Assembly: GCA_963758635.1 (NCBI GenBank) | Contig: CAVWWD010000008.1 | Span: 907,215 to 971,214 of the forward strand | DNA length: 64,000 bases | Reading direction: 5' to 3' | DNA from: an uncultured Candidatus Rokubacteria bacterium | GTDB lineage: Bacteria > Methylomirabilota > Methylomirabilia > Rokubacteriales > CSP1-6 | Shown: positions 1 through 9,964 of the stretch, piece by piece | Position numbering within the stretch: position 1 is the stretch's first letter | How the letters are laid out: the number at the start of each line of letters is the position of its first letter | The notes under the pieces: generated by a model | Seen by the model: the letters and a program-made list of their open reading frames with translations, nothing else | Told to the model about the DNA's origin: nothing | Databases searched by the model: none | Program-made: the position numbers and the translations under genes

Positions 1-1001
1 CGATCTCGTGCAGCGCGGCGTAGATGTAGCGCGACTGGTCGCGGATGACCTGGAGGCGCACGTCGGCCGGCATCTGGGCGCCGAGCCGCGTGAGGCTCTG
101 CCTTGGCCGCCTCGATCACGGCGACCGTGTTCTCCCCGGACTGCCGCCGCACCTCGAGGATGACGGAGGGCACGCCGTTGAGCCGCGCCACCGAGCGCTG
201 CTCGGCGGTGCCGTCCTCGGCGCGGCCCACGTCGCGGACGCGGATGGGGGCGCCGTTGACGGTGGCGATCACGAGGTCGTCGAACGCGCGCGGGTCGGCG
301 ATGCGGCCCATGGTGCGGAGCGACGACTCGCGGGAGCCCGCGGTGACGTTGCCGCCGGGCATGTCCGCGTTCTGTCGGACGAGCGCCTCGCGCACGGTCA
401 CGATCGGGATCTGGTAGGCGGCGAGCCGGTCGGCGTCGACCCAGACGTTGATCGCGCGGTTGAGGCCGCCGATGAGGCGGACCTCGCCCACGCCGGAGGA
501 GCGCTCGAGCCCGACCTTCACGATCTTGTCCGCCAGCTCGGTCAGCTCGCGCAACGGCCGCTCGCCGGCCACCGCCACCGTGAGCACGGGCGACTGGTCG
601 TTGTCCGTCTTCGCGATGATCGGGACCTTGGCGTCGCGCGGGAGGTTGCGGATGGCCAGGGCCACCTTCTCGCGCACGTCTTGCGCGGCCACGTCGATGT
701 TGCGGCGCAGCTCGAACTCCACGATGACGATGGACTGGCTGGGTCCGGAGATCGACCGGAGCTCCCGGATGCCCTGCACGGTGTTGACGAACTGCTCGAT
801 CTCGCGCGAGACCTGGGTCTCGACCTCCTCGGCCGAGGCCCCGGGCAGCTCGGTGCGGATGACCACGGTCGGAACGTCGACGGCGGGGAAGCGGTCGACG
901 CCGAGGCGGGCCCACGAGGCCGCGCCGACCACGACCAGCGAGAGCACGAGCATGGCCGCGAAGACGGGACGCTTGATGCAGACCTCGGCGAGCTTCTGCA
1001 C
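1..1001 (-). CDS. RND (AcrB/HAE1-type) efflux transporter permease, N-terminal part; gene continues beyond the left edge
   Basis: Minus-strand translation from GTG 1001 (GGGAG about 14 nt upstream) gives VQKLAEVCIKRPVFAAMLVLSLVVVGAASWARLGVDRFPAVDVPTVVIRTELPGASAEEVE..., a canonical RND pump N-terminus directly downstream of its adaptor gene. It is not in the ORF track because it has no stop in the window. The frame slips +1 at ~94-95 (..VIEAAKAE / LTRLGAQMPADVRLQVIRDQSRYI). Confidence 0.85.
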   Translation of the reverse strand, partial: MQKLAEVCIKRPVFAAMLVLSLVVVGAASWARLGVDRFPAVDVPTVVIRTELPGASAEEVETQVSREIEQFVNTVQGIRELRSISGPSQSIVIVEFELRRNIDVAAQDVREKVALAIRNLPRDAKVPIIAKTDNDQSPVLTVAVAGERPLRELTELADKIVKVGLERSSGVGEVRLIGGLNRAINVWVDADRLAAYQIPIVTVREALVRQNADMPGGNVTAGSRESSLRTMGRIADPRAFDDLVIATVNGAPIRVRDVGRAEDGTAEQRSVARLNGVPSVILEVRRQSGENTVAVIEAAKAEPHAARRPDAGRRAPPGHPRPVALHLRRAARD

Positions 1002-1039
1002 GGCTTAGCTCGAGGCTCCCGCGTTCCGGGCGCGGGGCC

Positions 1040-2257
1040 TCATGGCTCGACGGTCACCGGCTGCCCGGCGGTGAGCGTGCCGGGACGGGCCACCACGCGG
1101 GTGCCCGGCTTCACCCCGGACACGATCTCCACCCGGTCCCCCTGCCGGCGACCGGTCTGCACGCGCACCTCGACCGCCTTGCCCTTGTCGACGGTGAGCA
1201 CCTTCTCGACGCCGGCGAAGGTGACCACGGCATCCGCGGGGATCGTGGTGACGCGCACGTCGCCGGCCACGACGATGTCGGCCTTGGCGAACGCCCCGGG
1301 TCGGAGCGCCGCCTTCTCGTTGGGCACCTCGGCCTCGACGAGGAGCGTGCGGTTCTGCTCGGAGATGGCGGGCGCGAGGCGGACGACGCGGGCGCGATGC
1401 TCGCCCGGCGCGCCGTCCACGATGACGATGACGCCCTGGCCGATGCGCACGCCCGAGGCGTCGCGCTCGGGAACGGAGAGGCGGAGCCGTAGCGGGTGGA
1501 GCTTGACGATGGTGGCGACGGGGGCGCCGGCGGCGAGGTACTCGCCCACCGACGCGCGCCGCTCGCTCACCGCGCCGTCGATGGGAGCGGCGACGACGGT
1601 GTCGGCCAGGCGCTGGCGCGCCAGGTCGACCTCGGAGCGCCGCTGCAGGAGCACGCCCTGCCGGATGCGCACCTCCTCCACCGCGTCCTGGTAGCGGCCC
1701 TCCGCCACCTCGAGCGCGGCCACCGCCGTGTCCACCTGGGCCCGGGCGATCAGCTCCTGCTTCCAGAGCCGCTCGGCCCGATCGCGCGTGAGCCGGGCCT
1801 CCTCGAGGACGGCGCGCGCCTGACGCGCCACCGCGGTGTTCTCGGGCTGGATGCGGTCGTCGGTGCCCTCCGGAGGGAGCCCGAGCCGGGACCGGGCCTG
1901 CTGGAGCGCCGCCACCGCCTGATCCACGACGAGCTGCGCGTCGGTGGGATCGAGGCGCGCCACGACCTGCCCGCGCTTGACGATCGTGCCGAGGTCCACG
2001 TGGAGCTCGCCGACCCGGCCCGCGACCTTCGTGCCCAGGACGACTTGCTCGTCGGCGGCCAGGGTGCCGGTGGCGTTGACGCGACGGTCGGTGACCGACT
2101 CCTCCGCGCTCACGAGCTTGACGGCGCGCGGCTTGGCCTCGCGCGCCGCGCTGGGCGGTGGCGCCGCGGTACCCGTTCCGTCGCAGGCGCCCAGGCCGAG
2201 GGCGGCGGCCAGGCCGAGCCCGACGGACAGCCGAGCGCGCCGGAGGGGGCGAGGCAT
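1040..2257 (-). CDS. efflux RND transporter periplasmic adaptor subunit (MFP/HlyD family)
   Basis: C-terminal 405 codons of ORF 1040..3037, starting at in-frame ATG 2257. MPRPLRRARLSVGLGLAAALGLGACDG looks like a lipoprotein-type signal. Coiled-coil and beta-barrel segments follow (VAAPIDGAVSERRASVGEYLAAGAPVATIV). It lies immediately upstream of the RND permease. Confidence 0.9.
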   Translation of the reverse strand: MPRPLRRARLSVGLGLAAALGLGACDGTGTAAPPPSAAREAKPRAVKLVSAEESVTDRRVNATGTLAADEQVVLGTKVAGRVGELHVDLGTIVKRGQVVARLDPTDAQLVVDQAVAALQQARSRLGLPPEGTDDRIQPENTAVARQARAVLEEARLTRDRAERLWKQELIARAQVDTAVAALEVAEGRYQDAVEEVRIRQGVLLQRRSEVDLARQRLADTVVAAPIDGAVSERRASVGEYLAAGAPVATIVKLHPLRLRLSVPERDASGVRIGQGVIVIVDGAPGEHRARVVRLAPAISEQNRTLLVEAEVPNEKAALRPGAFAKADIVVAGDVRVTTIPADAVVTFAGVEKVLTVDKGKAVEVRVQTGRRQGDRVEIVSGVKPGTRVVARPGTLTAGQPVTVEP

Positions 2258-2286
2258 GGGGCCATCGTACACCGCCGGTCTGCGCA

Positions 2287-3177
2287 TCAGAGGTGCGGGA
2301 GGACGGCGGCGGCGAAGAGCCACGTCCCCTCGGGGCGGGGGGAGTCGGCGAAGTGGACGGTGAGGCGGTGCGCGCCCTGCGCGATCGCGTCGCGGAGCGC
2401 CTCGGTGACCTGGGCGGGCGTGCCCACGAGCCGGCCCGCCTCCATGGGGCGGACGTGCGGCGCCGCCTTCGAGGCGCTCGAGCTCGCGCTCGCTGTCTCG
2501 GCGATCAGGATGCCCACGCGCAGGACCTGCCGGATCCGATCGTAGTCGCGGCCGGCGTCCTTGCAGTGCTGCTTGAGCACCTCCTGCTTGTGCGCGTACA
2601 GCGCCCGGTCGCGGTAACCGTAGTTCCACCAGTCCGCGTGGCGCGCCACCACGCGGAGGAGGTGCTTCTCGCCGTGGCCGCCCACCATGACGGGCGGGAT
2701 CGGGTCCGGCCGCGACTCGCAGTACGCTCCCGCGATCCGGTAGTGCTGGCCCTCGTAGCTCGCGGGGGCGGCCGTCCACATCAGCCGGATCACCTCGATC
2801 GCCTCGGCGAGCTGCGCGATGCGGACGGGCGCGGGCGGGTACGGCCAGCCGTAGGCGCGGTACTCCTCCTCGTTCCAGCCCGCGCCGATGCCGAGCACGA
2901 CGCGCCCGCCGGACAGCGCCTGCGACGTCGCGACCATCTTGGCGAGGAGCGCGGGGTTCCGGAAGCTGTTGCAGAGCACCTCGTGGCCGCAGAGCTTGTC
3001 CGGGTAGCGCGCGAGCGCGTGGGCGAGGAGGCTCCATCCCTCGGCGACCTTGTTGCCCCCGTACTGCACGTGATCGGGGAACCAGAGGGAGTCGAACGGG
3101 CTCGCCGTCCGGTCGAGGTAGGGAAAGGTGTCCTCCATGAGACGCGACCAGACGTTGAGGCCGACGGGAACGGGCAT
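2287..3177 (-). CDS. LLM-class (luciferase-like) flavin/F420-dependent oxidoreductase
   Basis: Last 296 codons of ORF 2287..4110 from in-frame ATG 3177. Motifs include ..FDSLWFPDH.., GGRVVLGIGAGWNEEEY and PPVMVGGHGEK. The segment ETASASSSASK looks like a compensated -1/+1 slip (~2497/~2470) of DSERELERL. Confidence 0.85.
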   Translation of the reverse strand: MPVPVGLNVWSRLMEDTFPYLDRTASPFDSLWFPDHVQYGGNKVAEGWSLLAHALARYPDKLCGHEVLCNSFRNPALLAKMVATSQALSGGRVVLGIGAGWNEEEYRAYGWPYPPAPVRIAQLAEAIEVIRLMWTAAPASYEGQHYRIAGAYCESRPDPIPPVMVGGHGEKHLLRVVARHADWWNYGYRDRALYAHKQEVLKQHCKDAGRDYDRIRQVLRVGILIAETASASSSASKAAPHVRPMEAGRLVGTPAQVTEALRDAIAQGAHRLTVHFADSPRPEGTWLFAAAVLPHL

Positions 3178-3188
3178 CGGGAGCGGGC

Positions 3189-4160
3189 TCAGAACCAGTT
3201 CGACTTGTCGACGACGTTCCGGAGCGGCTGGCCTCCGAGGAAGCGACGGGCGTTGTCGGCGAGGATCTCGAAGCGGCGCTCGTCCAGGTACGGGCCGCGG
3301 CCCGCGGTGTGCGGCGTGATCAGCACCCCGGGCATGGTCCACAGCGGGTGGTCGGCGGGCAGAGGCTCCTGCTCGAACACGTCGAGGCCAGCGCCGGCGA
3401 TCTCGCCCGCCTCGAGCGCGGCCACGAGGTCGTCGAGGCGCGTGGTGCGCCCGCGGCCGATGTTGATGAAGAAGCCCGTGCGTTTCATGCGGGCGAAGCG
3501 GGCCCGGTTCATGAACCCCTCGGTGGCCGGGGTGTGCGGGACGGTGAGGATCACGAAGTCGGCGAGGGGCAGGAGCGCGTCGAGGGCGTCGGGGCCGTCC
3601 AGCTTCATGACGCCGGGCGGCGCCTCGCGGCGGCGCGCGTCCACGCCCATCACGTGCATGCCGAACGCCGCGCAGAGCCGCGCCGCCTCGCTGCCGATGC
3701 CGCCCACGCCCACGATCAGCGCGGTGGACTCCGGCAGGTGCACGACGCCCGCGTCCTCGGCGCGCTCGCGCTTCCACTCGCGGCGGAGCTGCTGCGGGAT
3801 GTAGCGGTGGAGGCCGCGGGCGAAGGCGAGGACGAACGCCATGATGTGGGCGCCGATGTGGTCGTTGAAGATCTCGCGGAAGTTCGTCACCGCGACGGGA
3901 TGCGCGATCAGGTCCGCGTAGTAGTAGCCGGCGGGCGGCGCGGCCTGCGGCGCCTGGAGCCACCGCAGGCGCGGCGCCCGGCGCAGGAGATCGGGCGTGA
4001 GCGTGCCGAAGGCCGCGTCGGCGGCGGCGATGGCGCTCTCGGCCTCGGCGTCGGTTTCGGCGACGACGACCGACAGCCCGGGCGCGGCGGCGCCGAGCCG
4101 CACGGCCCACTGCCGGGTGACGTCGGTCTGCGGCGGCAGCATCACGAGGGTCGTCGGCAT
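3189..4160 (-). CDS. D-isomer-specific 2-hydroxyacid dehydrogenase family protein (NAD-binding)
   Basis: ORF 3189..4160. It has the GVGGIGSEAARL Rossmann motif, then NIGRGRTTRLDDLVAALEAGEIAGAGLDVFEQEPLP and ITPHTAG. Confidence 0.9.
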   Translation of the reverse strand: MPTTLVMLPPQTDVTRQWAVRLGAAAPGLSVVVAETDAEAESAIAAADAAFGTLTPDLLRRAPRLRWLQAPQAAPPAGYYYADLIAHPVAVTNFREIFNDHIGAHIMAFVLAFARGLHRYIPQQLRREWKRERAEDAGVVHLPESTALIVGVGGIGSEAARLCAAFGMHVMGVDARRREAPPGVMKLDGPDALDALLPLADFVILTVPHTPATEGFMNRARFARMKRTGFFINIGRGRTTRLDDLVAALEAGEIAGAGLDVFEQEPLPADHPLWTMPGVLITPHTAGRGPYLDERRFEILADNARRFLGGQPLRNVVDKSNWF

Positions 4161-4230
4161 GGCGCCGACACTAGCCGATCGGCCCGGCCGCCGTCAACGC
4201 GAGGAGACCCGGGCGTCGGCCGCCTGGATC

Positions 4231-5118
4231 TCAGGCCGCGGGCTTGATCTCCCGGGCGATGCGTTCCATGGCCGCGGTCATGGCCGGGACACCATCGCGG
4301 GGCAGGTCGAAGGTCATCCACTCGGCGCCGAGGCTCTTCACGCGGCGGAGGTCCCCGAGGACCTCGTCGAGGGAGCCCTGGAACGCCGCGCGGCCCGCGC
4401 CGGCGGGCCTGGCGGTGAGCGCGAGGAGATTGCGCGGGGCGAGCCCGGGCGCCGGCGAGCGGCCGAAGCGCCCGGCGAGGTCGCGCATGGTGGCGACGCC
4501 ACGCTCCAGGTCGTCCAGCGTGAGCCCCAGCGGATGCCAGGCGTCGCCCAGCTCGGCCGCGCGGCGGACCGGCGCGTCGGAGAGCGCGCCGGGCGCGCCG
4601 CCGACCCAGATGGGCGGCCCCGGCGTCTGAACGGGCCGCGGCGCGAAGGTCGCTCCGCTGAAATCGAGGTAGCGGCCCTTGTAGGCGGGGACGTCGGCGG
4701 ACCACGCCGCCTTGATCGCGCGGATGTAGTCGTCGCTCATTCGCCCGCGCTCGCGAAACGGGAGCCCGAGATCCTTGAACTCGGCCTCATCCCAGCCCAC
4801 GCCGACGCCGAAGATGAAGCGCCCGCCCGACACCTGATCGACGGTGGCGGCGGCCTTGGCGGTGACAAGCCCGTTCCGATACGGCAGCACGATGACGCTG
4901 GCGCCCAGGTGGATGCGACTCGTGCGGCCGGCGAGGTAGGCGAGGAGCGAGAACGGGTCCGGCCAGTGCGCCCCGTAGTGCTGGGTGGTGGCGGGCTTGG
5001 CCAGGATGTGATCGGGAACGAACACGCCGTCGATGTCCAGCTCCTCCGCGCGAACCGCGAGCGATTCCGCCTCTTGGCTCGAGAGCTGCCAGATCGGGAG
5101 CACCACGCCAATCTTCAT
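4231..5118 (-). CDS. LLM class F420-dependent oxidoreductase
   Basis: Last 295 codons of ORF 4231..6471 from ATG 5118, with AGGAGGAA upstream. Sequence: MKIGVVLPIW...DGVFVPDH...GGRFIFGVGVGWDEAEF...PPIWVGG. Confidence 0.85.
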   Translation of the reverse strand: MKIGVVLPIWQLSSQEAESLAVRAEELDIDGVFVPDHILAKPATTQHYGAHWPDPFSLLAYLAGRTSRIHLGASVIVLPYRNGLVTAKAAATVDQVSGGRFIFGVGVGWDEAEFKDLGLPFRERGRMSDDYIRAIKAAWSADVPAYKGRYLDFSGATFAPRPVQTPGPPIWVGGAPGALSDAPVRRAAELGDAWHPLGLTLDDLERGVATMRDLAGRFGRSPAPGLAPRNLLALTARPAGAGRAAFQGSLDEVLGDLRRVKSLGAEWMTFDLPRDGVPAMTAAMERIAREIKPAA

Positions 5119-5171
5119 CGCGTTCCTCCTTCCGTGCGGTGGCGCCCAGTCTAACAGGGCGCGGCGCGCGC

Positions 5172-5201
5172 TTGACTCTCGACCGCGCGTGCTCCTAGAC
5201 T
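5172..5201 (+). promoter_or_regulatory. candidate sigma70-type promoter for the SBP56 gene
   Basis: TTGACT (5172-5177), an 18-nt spacer, then TAGACT (5196-5201). It lies in the divergent intergenic region about 75 nt upstream of ATG 5275. Confidence 0.4.
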
Positions 5202-5274
5202 CCTCGCATCCTTTCCTTCCCGTCGTGGTCCGGAAGATGCCGATAACCGACCCTCCCATGAGGAGCCCACTCAC

Positions 5275-6667
5275 ATGGCGACCCTGAGGCCCGATCCGAC
5301 GTTCTACACCTCGCCGCGGCTGGCAATGCAGGCGCCCCCGGAAAAGCACGCGTACGTGGCCGACTTCGACCCAGGGCGCGCGCGCGCCGATCGGCTCGCG
5401 GTCGTCGACGTGGACCCGGCGTCGGCGAGCTACGCGAAGATCGTCGGGCGGGTCGAGGTGCCGGGTGCGGGCGACGAGCTGCACCACTTCGGGTGGAACG
5501 CCTGCAGCTCCTGCCTGTGCCCCAACGCCCCGCACCCTCACGTCGAGCGCCGCTACCTGATCGCCCCGGGGCTGCGCTCCTCGAACATCCACGTCTTCGA
5601 CACCCGGCCCGATCCCACCAAGCCGCGGCTCGTGAAGACGATCCCGGCCAAGGAGCTGGCGGCGAAGGCTGGCTACTCGCGGCCGCACACCGTGCACTGC
5701 GGTCCCGACGGGATCTACCTCACCGCGCTCGCCAACGCCGAGGGCAAGGAGCCGGGCGGCATCTTCGTGCTCGAGCACGACACGTTCGACGTCCGCGGCG
5801 CCTGGGAGGTCCAGCGCGGCCCGCAACGATTCGGCTACGACGCGTGGTGGCACCTCGGGCACGACACGATGGTGTCCAGCGAATGGGGCACGCCCGACAT
5901 GTTCGAGGCGGGCCTCGTGCCCGAGCTCCTGCTCGGCGCGAAGTACGGGCGGAAGCTCCACTTCTGGGATCTGCAACGGCGCACCCACGTGCAGGAGATC
6001 GACTTCGGCCCCGACTACCAGCTCGTCTTCGAGCTGCGCCCCGCCCACGACCCGACGAAGGCCTACGGCTTCGTCAACTGCGTGCTCGGGCTCAAGGACC
6101 TCGGATCCTCGATCTGGATGTGGCATCGCGACGGCCAGAAGTGGGCGGTGACGAAGGTGATCGACATCCCCGCCGAGCCCGCCGACCCCGACAAGCTGCC
6201 GCCCATGCTCAAGGGCTTCAAGGCGTGTCCGCCGCTCGTCACCGACATCGACCTGTCGGTGGACGACAAGTTCCTCTACGTCTCGTGCTGGGGCACCGGC
6301 GACCTCCAGCAGTACAACGTCTCCGACCCCTTCCGTCCGAAGCTCACCGGGAAGGTGAGGATCGGCGGGCATCGTCGCGCGAGCGCCGCATCCGGCCGGG
6401 GGCCAGGCGCTCAACGGCGGACCACAGATGGTCGAGGTGAGCCGCGACGGGCGCCGCGTGTACTTCACCAACTCGCTGTACGGCGTGATCGACGACCAGT
6501 TCTACCCGGACGGCGTGAAGGGGTGGATGGCCAAGATCGACGCGCGGCCCGAGGGCGGCATGGAGCTGGACCGCCGGTTCTTCATCGACTGGCCGGAAGG
6601 CTACCGGCCGCACCAGGTGCGCCTGCAGGGCGGCGACGCGTCGTCGGACTCCTACTGCTACCCGTGA
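5275..6667 (+). CDS. selenium-binding protein (SBP56) / methanethiol-oxidase family protein, split by a +1 slip
   Basis: ORF 5275..6720 reads sensibly up to ..KLTGKVRIGG. It joins ORF 6428..6667 (..LNGGPQMVEVSRDGRRVYFTNSLYG..) when one nt is dropped at ~6367-6370. The N-terminus DPTFYTSPRLAMQAPPEKHAYVA and CGPDGIYL are typical of SBP56. Confidence 0.85.
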
Positions 6668-6727
6668 TCGGTCGGTGTCGATCCCGCCGGGCCCGGCCGC
6701 CCGCGCGCCCGGCGGGGTAGCGCACCG

Positions 6728-7372
6728 ATGACGGCATGGCTGGTCCTGGTCGGGCTGGGCGCGTTTCACGGCGTCAACCCGGCCATGGGCTGGCTGTTCG
6801 CGGTGGCCCTCGGGCTCCACCGGGGGAGTCGGGCCGTCGTCCTCCGGTCGCTCGCGCCGATCGCGCTGGGGCATGCCCTCGCCGTCGGCCTCGTCGTCTT
6901 CGCCGTCGTGGCCCTCGGCCACGTGGTGCACCCGAGCGGGCTCGCCGTCGCCGGCGGGGTCGTGCTCATCGGCTGGGCCGTCTATCACTACCTCTACGGG
7001 GCGAGGCATCGTGTGCGGGTCGGCATGCGCACCGGCATGATGGGCCTGGCGCTGTGGTCGTTCCTCATGGCGAGCGCGCACGGGGCGGGACTGATGCTGG
7101 TGCCGGTGCTGATGCCCTTGGCCCGGCTCGGGCCGGCGCATCACGACCACGGCGCCGTCTCCCTCGCCGGTGGAGCCTCGGTGGCCACGGCGCTCGCCGC
7201 GGTCGGGGTGCACACGGGCGCCATGCTCGCGGTGACGGGAGCGATCGCGGTGGTCGTCTACGAGTGGGTCGGGGTGGGCTTCCTGCGCCGCGGCTGGATC
7301 AACCTGGACCTCCTGTGGACGGCGGGGCTGGTCGTCGCCGGCGCCGTTCTCATCGCCGGCGCGCTCCGGTGA
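6728..7372 (+). CDS. integral membrane protein, about 6 TM segments, His-rich; function unknown
   Basis: ORF 6728..7372 has hydrophobic helices throughout with conserved-looking His residues (AFHGVNP, ALGHAL, ALGHVVHP, SAHGAG, PAHHDHG). It is co-oriented 60 nt downstream of the SBP56 gene. Confidence 0.6.
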   Translation: MTAWLVLVGLGAFHGVNPAMGWLFAVALGLHRGSRAVVLRSLAPIALGHALAVGLVVFAVVALGHVVHPSGLAVAGGVVLIGWAVYHYLYGARHRVRVGMRTGMMGLALWSFLMASAHGAGLMLVPVLMPLARLGPAHHDHGAVSLAGGASVATALAAVGVHTGAMLAVTGAIAVVVYEWVGVGFLRRGWINLDLLWTAGLVVAGAVLIAGALR

Positions 7373-7468
7373 CGCGCAGGGCTCCGACGACCGCGCACGA
7401 CCTCAGCGGCGAGTCACCTCGCAGAATGCGGTAACCGCCACGGGCCTCTACAGTCCCACCGCTCGGCC

Positions 7469-9815
7469 TCAGTCTGATGCGCGGGGCTCATTGGCCCGCG
7501 CCTCCTGGAGGGCCTGCCAGACGCGCGGGGCCGAGACCGGCATGTCCAGCTCGCGCACGCCGAGCGGAGCCAGCGCGTTCATGACGGCGGTCACGACGAC
7601 GGGCAGCGCGCCCACGGTGCCCGCCTCCCCGGCGCCCTTGGCGCCCATCGGGTTCAGCTTGGTCGGCACCGGGCTCGACTCGATCACCATGTCGCAGAAG
7701 TCGTCGGCCCGCGGCATCGCGTACTCCATGAACGACGCGCTCAGGAGCTGGCCCGAGTCGCGCTCGTACACGACCTGCTCCATGAGCGCCTGGCCCACGC
7801 CCTGGGCGATGCCGCCGTGGACCTGGCCCTTCAGCGTGAGCGGGTTGATCACGGTGCCGACGTCGTCCACGACCACGTAGCTGGCGAGCGTGACCGCGCC
7901 GGTGTCGGGGTCGATCTCCACCTCGCACACGTGGCAGCCGTTCGGCCACGTGTCCTGCTTGGGCACGAACGTGCCCGTCTCGTAGAGGCCGGGCTCGAGG
8001 CCCGGCGGGAGCTGGTTCGTCACGAACGCGGCCTTCGCGACCTGGGTGATGGTCACCGCGCGATCGGTGCCCGCCACCGTGAAGCGGCCGTCGGCGAACC
8101 CGATGTCCGCCTCGGCGGCCTCGAGGAGCCGCGCGGCGATCTTCTTCCCCTTGGCGATGACCTTGTCCGCCGCCGTCCAGAGCGCGCTGCCGCCGATCAC
8201 CGTGGAGCGCGAGCCCATGCTCCCCATGCCGAAGCCCACGCGGTCGGTGTCGCCGTCGATGTAGCGTACCTGCGCGGGGTCCAGGCCCAGCCGCTCGTGG
8301 AGGATCTGCTTGAACGTCGTCTCGTGGCCCTGGCCCTGGTTCTTGGTGCCCATGAACACGGTGGCGCTGCCGCCCGGGCTGAAGCGGATCTCGGCGAACT
8401 CGGGCTGCGGCCCGGCCGCGCGCTCGATGGCGTTGACCACGCCGATGCCGCGGAGCTTGCCGCGCTTCTCGGACGCGGCCCGGCGCGCCGCGAAGCCGGC
8501 CACGTCGGCTAGCTTGAGCGCGCGGTCCATGCTGGTCTCGAAGTCGCCGCAGTCGTAGGTCACGCCGAGGGGGTTCTTCCACGGCATCGCGGAGGCGGGG
8601 ATGAGGTTCATCCGCCTGAGCTCGATGGGATCGCGGCCGAGCTCGCGCGCGGCGTCGTCGATCAGCCGCTCGAGCACGTACGTCGCCTCGGGCCGGCCCG
8701 CGCCCCGGTACGGCGCGGTGGCGCTCGTGTTCGTCATGACGCAGCTCACGTGCACGTAGGCGGTGGGGAACGCGTAGACGCCGGCCAGCGTGACCACGTT
8801 GCCGAAGGTGGCGAGGAGGTTCCGGTCGGACGAGACGTAGGCGCCGACGTTGGCGAGCGTCCGCACGCGGATGGCCAGGAAGCGGCCGTCGGCGTCCAGG
8901 GCCAGCTCCGCCTCGCTCACGTTGTCGCGCGCATGCTCGTCGGAGGGGATGGCCTCGCGCCGCTCGCAGGCCCAGCGGACGGGCCGCTTGATCTTCCGCG
9001 CCGCCCACAGCACGAGACGGTGTTCTGGATACTGCCAGCCCTTGGTGCCGAAGCCCCCGCCCACGTCGCCCGCGATGACGCGCACCTGGTGCTCGGGCAC
9101 CTTGAAGATGTTGGTGGCGAGCGCGGAGCGGACGCGGTGGGGGTACTGCACGTCCGCGTAGAGCGTGTAGCGCTCCTCGCCGGGGTCGTAGACGCCCATG
9201 GCGCCGCGGGGCTCCATGTACTGGGCGTGGACGCGGGTGATGACGTAGCGGCGCCGCACCACGCGGTGGGCGCGCGCGAAGGCCTCGTCGGTGGCCGTCT
9301 TGTTCCCGGCCTCGAAGATGTTCGACACGTTGTCCGGGCACTCGTCCCACACCGCGGCGCAGCCCGGCTGGCCGACGTCCGCGGTGGTGGTCACCGACGG
9401 GCAGCGGCTCGTAGTCCACGTCGACCAGGTCGGCGGCATCCTCGGCCTGGGCGAGCGTCTGCGCGATGACGAGGGCCACGGGATCGCCCACGTAGCGGAC
9501 GCGGTCCTCGGTGAGCCCGCGGTGGGGCCGCGCGAACATGGGCGAGCCGTCCGGACGCTTGCGCGGCAGCGTCATCTGCATCGTGCCGAGCTTGTCCTTG
9601 GCGAGATCGGCGCCGGTGAACACCGCGGTCACGCCGGGCGCCCGGCGCGCGGCGGCGGTGTCGATGCCGCGGATCCGCGCGTGCGCGTGAGGCGAGCGCA
9701 CCACCACCATCCACGTCTGCCCCGGCAGCGTCATGTCACCGAGGTAGCGGCCCTCGCCGCGGACGAGACGGGGGTCCTCGAAGCGCGCCACGGACTGTCC
9801 GATGCCGAATTTCAT
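7469..9815 (-). CDS. xanthine dehydrogenase/CoxL-family molybdopterin-binding large subunit (form-II type), split by a +1 slip
   Basis: The N-terminus MKFGIGQSVARFEDPRLVRGEGRY..DLVDVDYEPLP (frame of ORF 7488..10397, ATG 9815) continues as SVTTTADVGQPG.. in ORF 7469..9439 if nt ~9398 is removed. The active-site loop is [12 protein letters not shown], not the AYRCSFR of true CO dehydrogenases. Confidence 0.9.
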
Positions 9816-9931
9816 GGGCCGTCCCTTCGGTGTGAGGTCGAGATCGCCGCGCGCGCGGCTCGCGCGTGGTCCGGGACGCATTCTAGCCCGGATTGCCCGC
9901 TGGCGATCGTCCCCGCCGGAGGCGGCAGGGC

Positions 9932-9959
9932 GGGGCCGGCCCCGCCCGGGGCCGGCCCC
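9932..9959. repeat. two copies of the 12-bp GC palindrome GGGGCCGGCCCC; probable terminator-like hairpins after ahpC
   Basis: GGGGCCGGCCCC occurs at 9932-9943 and again at 9948-9959, just 3' of the ahpC stop (9965). Confidence 0.4.
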
Positions 9960-9964
9960 CGAGA

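Noticed and set aside
45-1694. Long Arg/Ala/Gly/Pro-rich ORFs in the track that lie antisense to, or overlap, clearly homologous genes. Examples: 45..1694+, 1496..2545+, 2158..3804+, 8750..9469+, 13087..14805-, 20016..21851-, 23156..25474+, 33123..35510-, 37769..39892+, 40093..41382-, 55231..56478+.
   Set aside because: In DNA this GC-rich, stop codons are rare in every frame. The translations are low-complexity with no family resemblance, and the opposite or alternative frame encodes an obvious enzyme.
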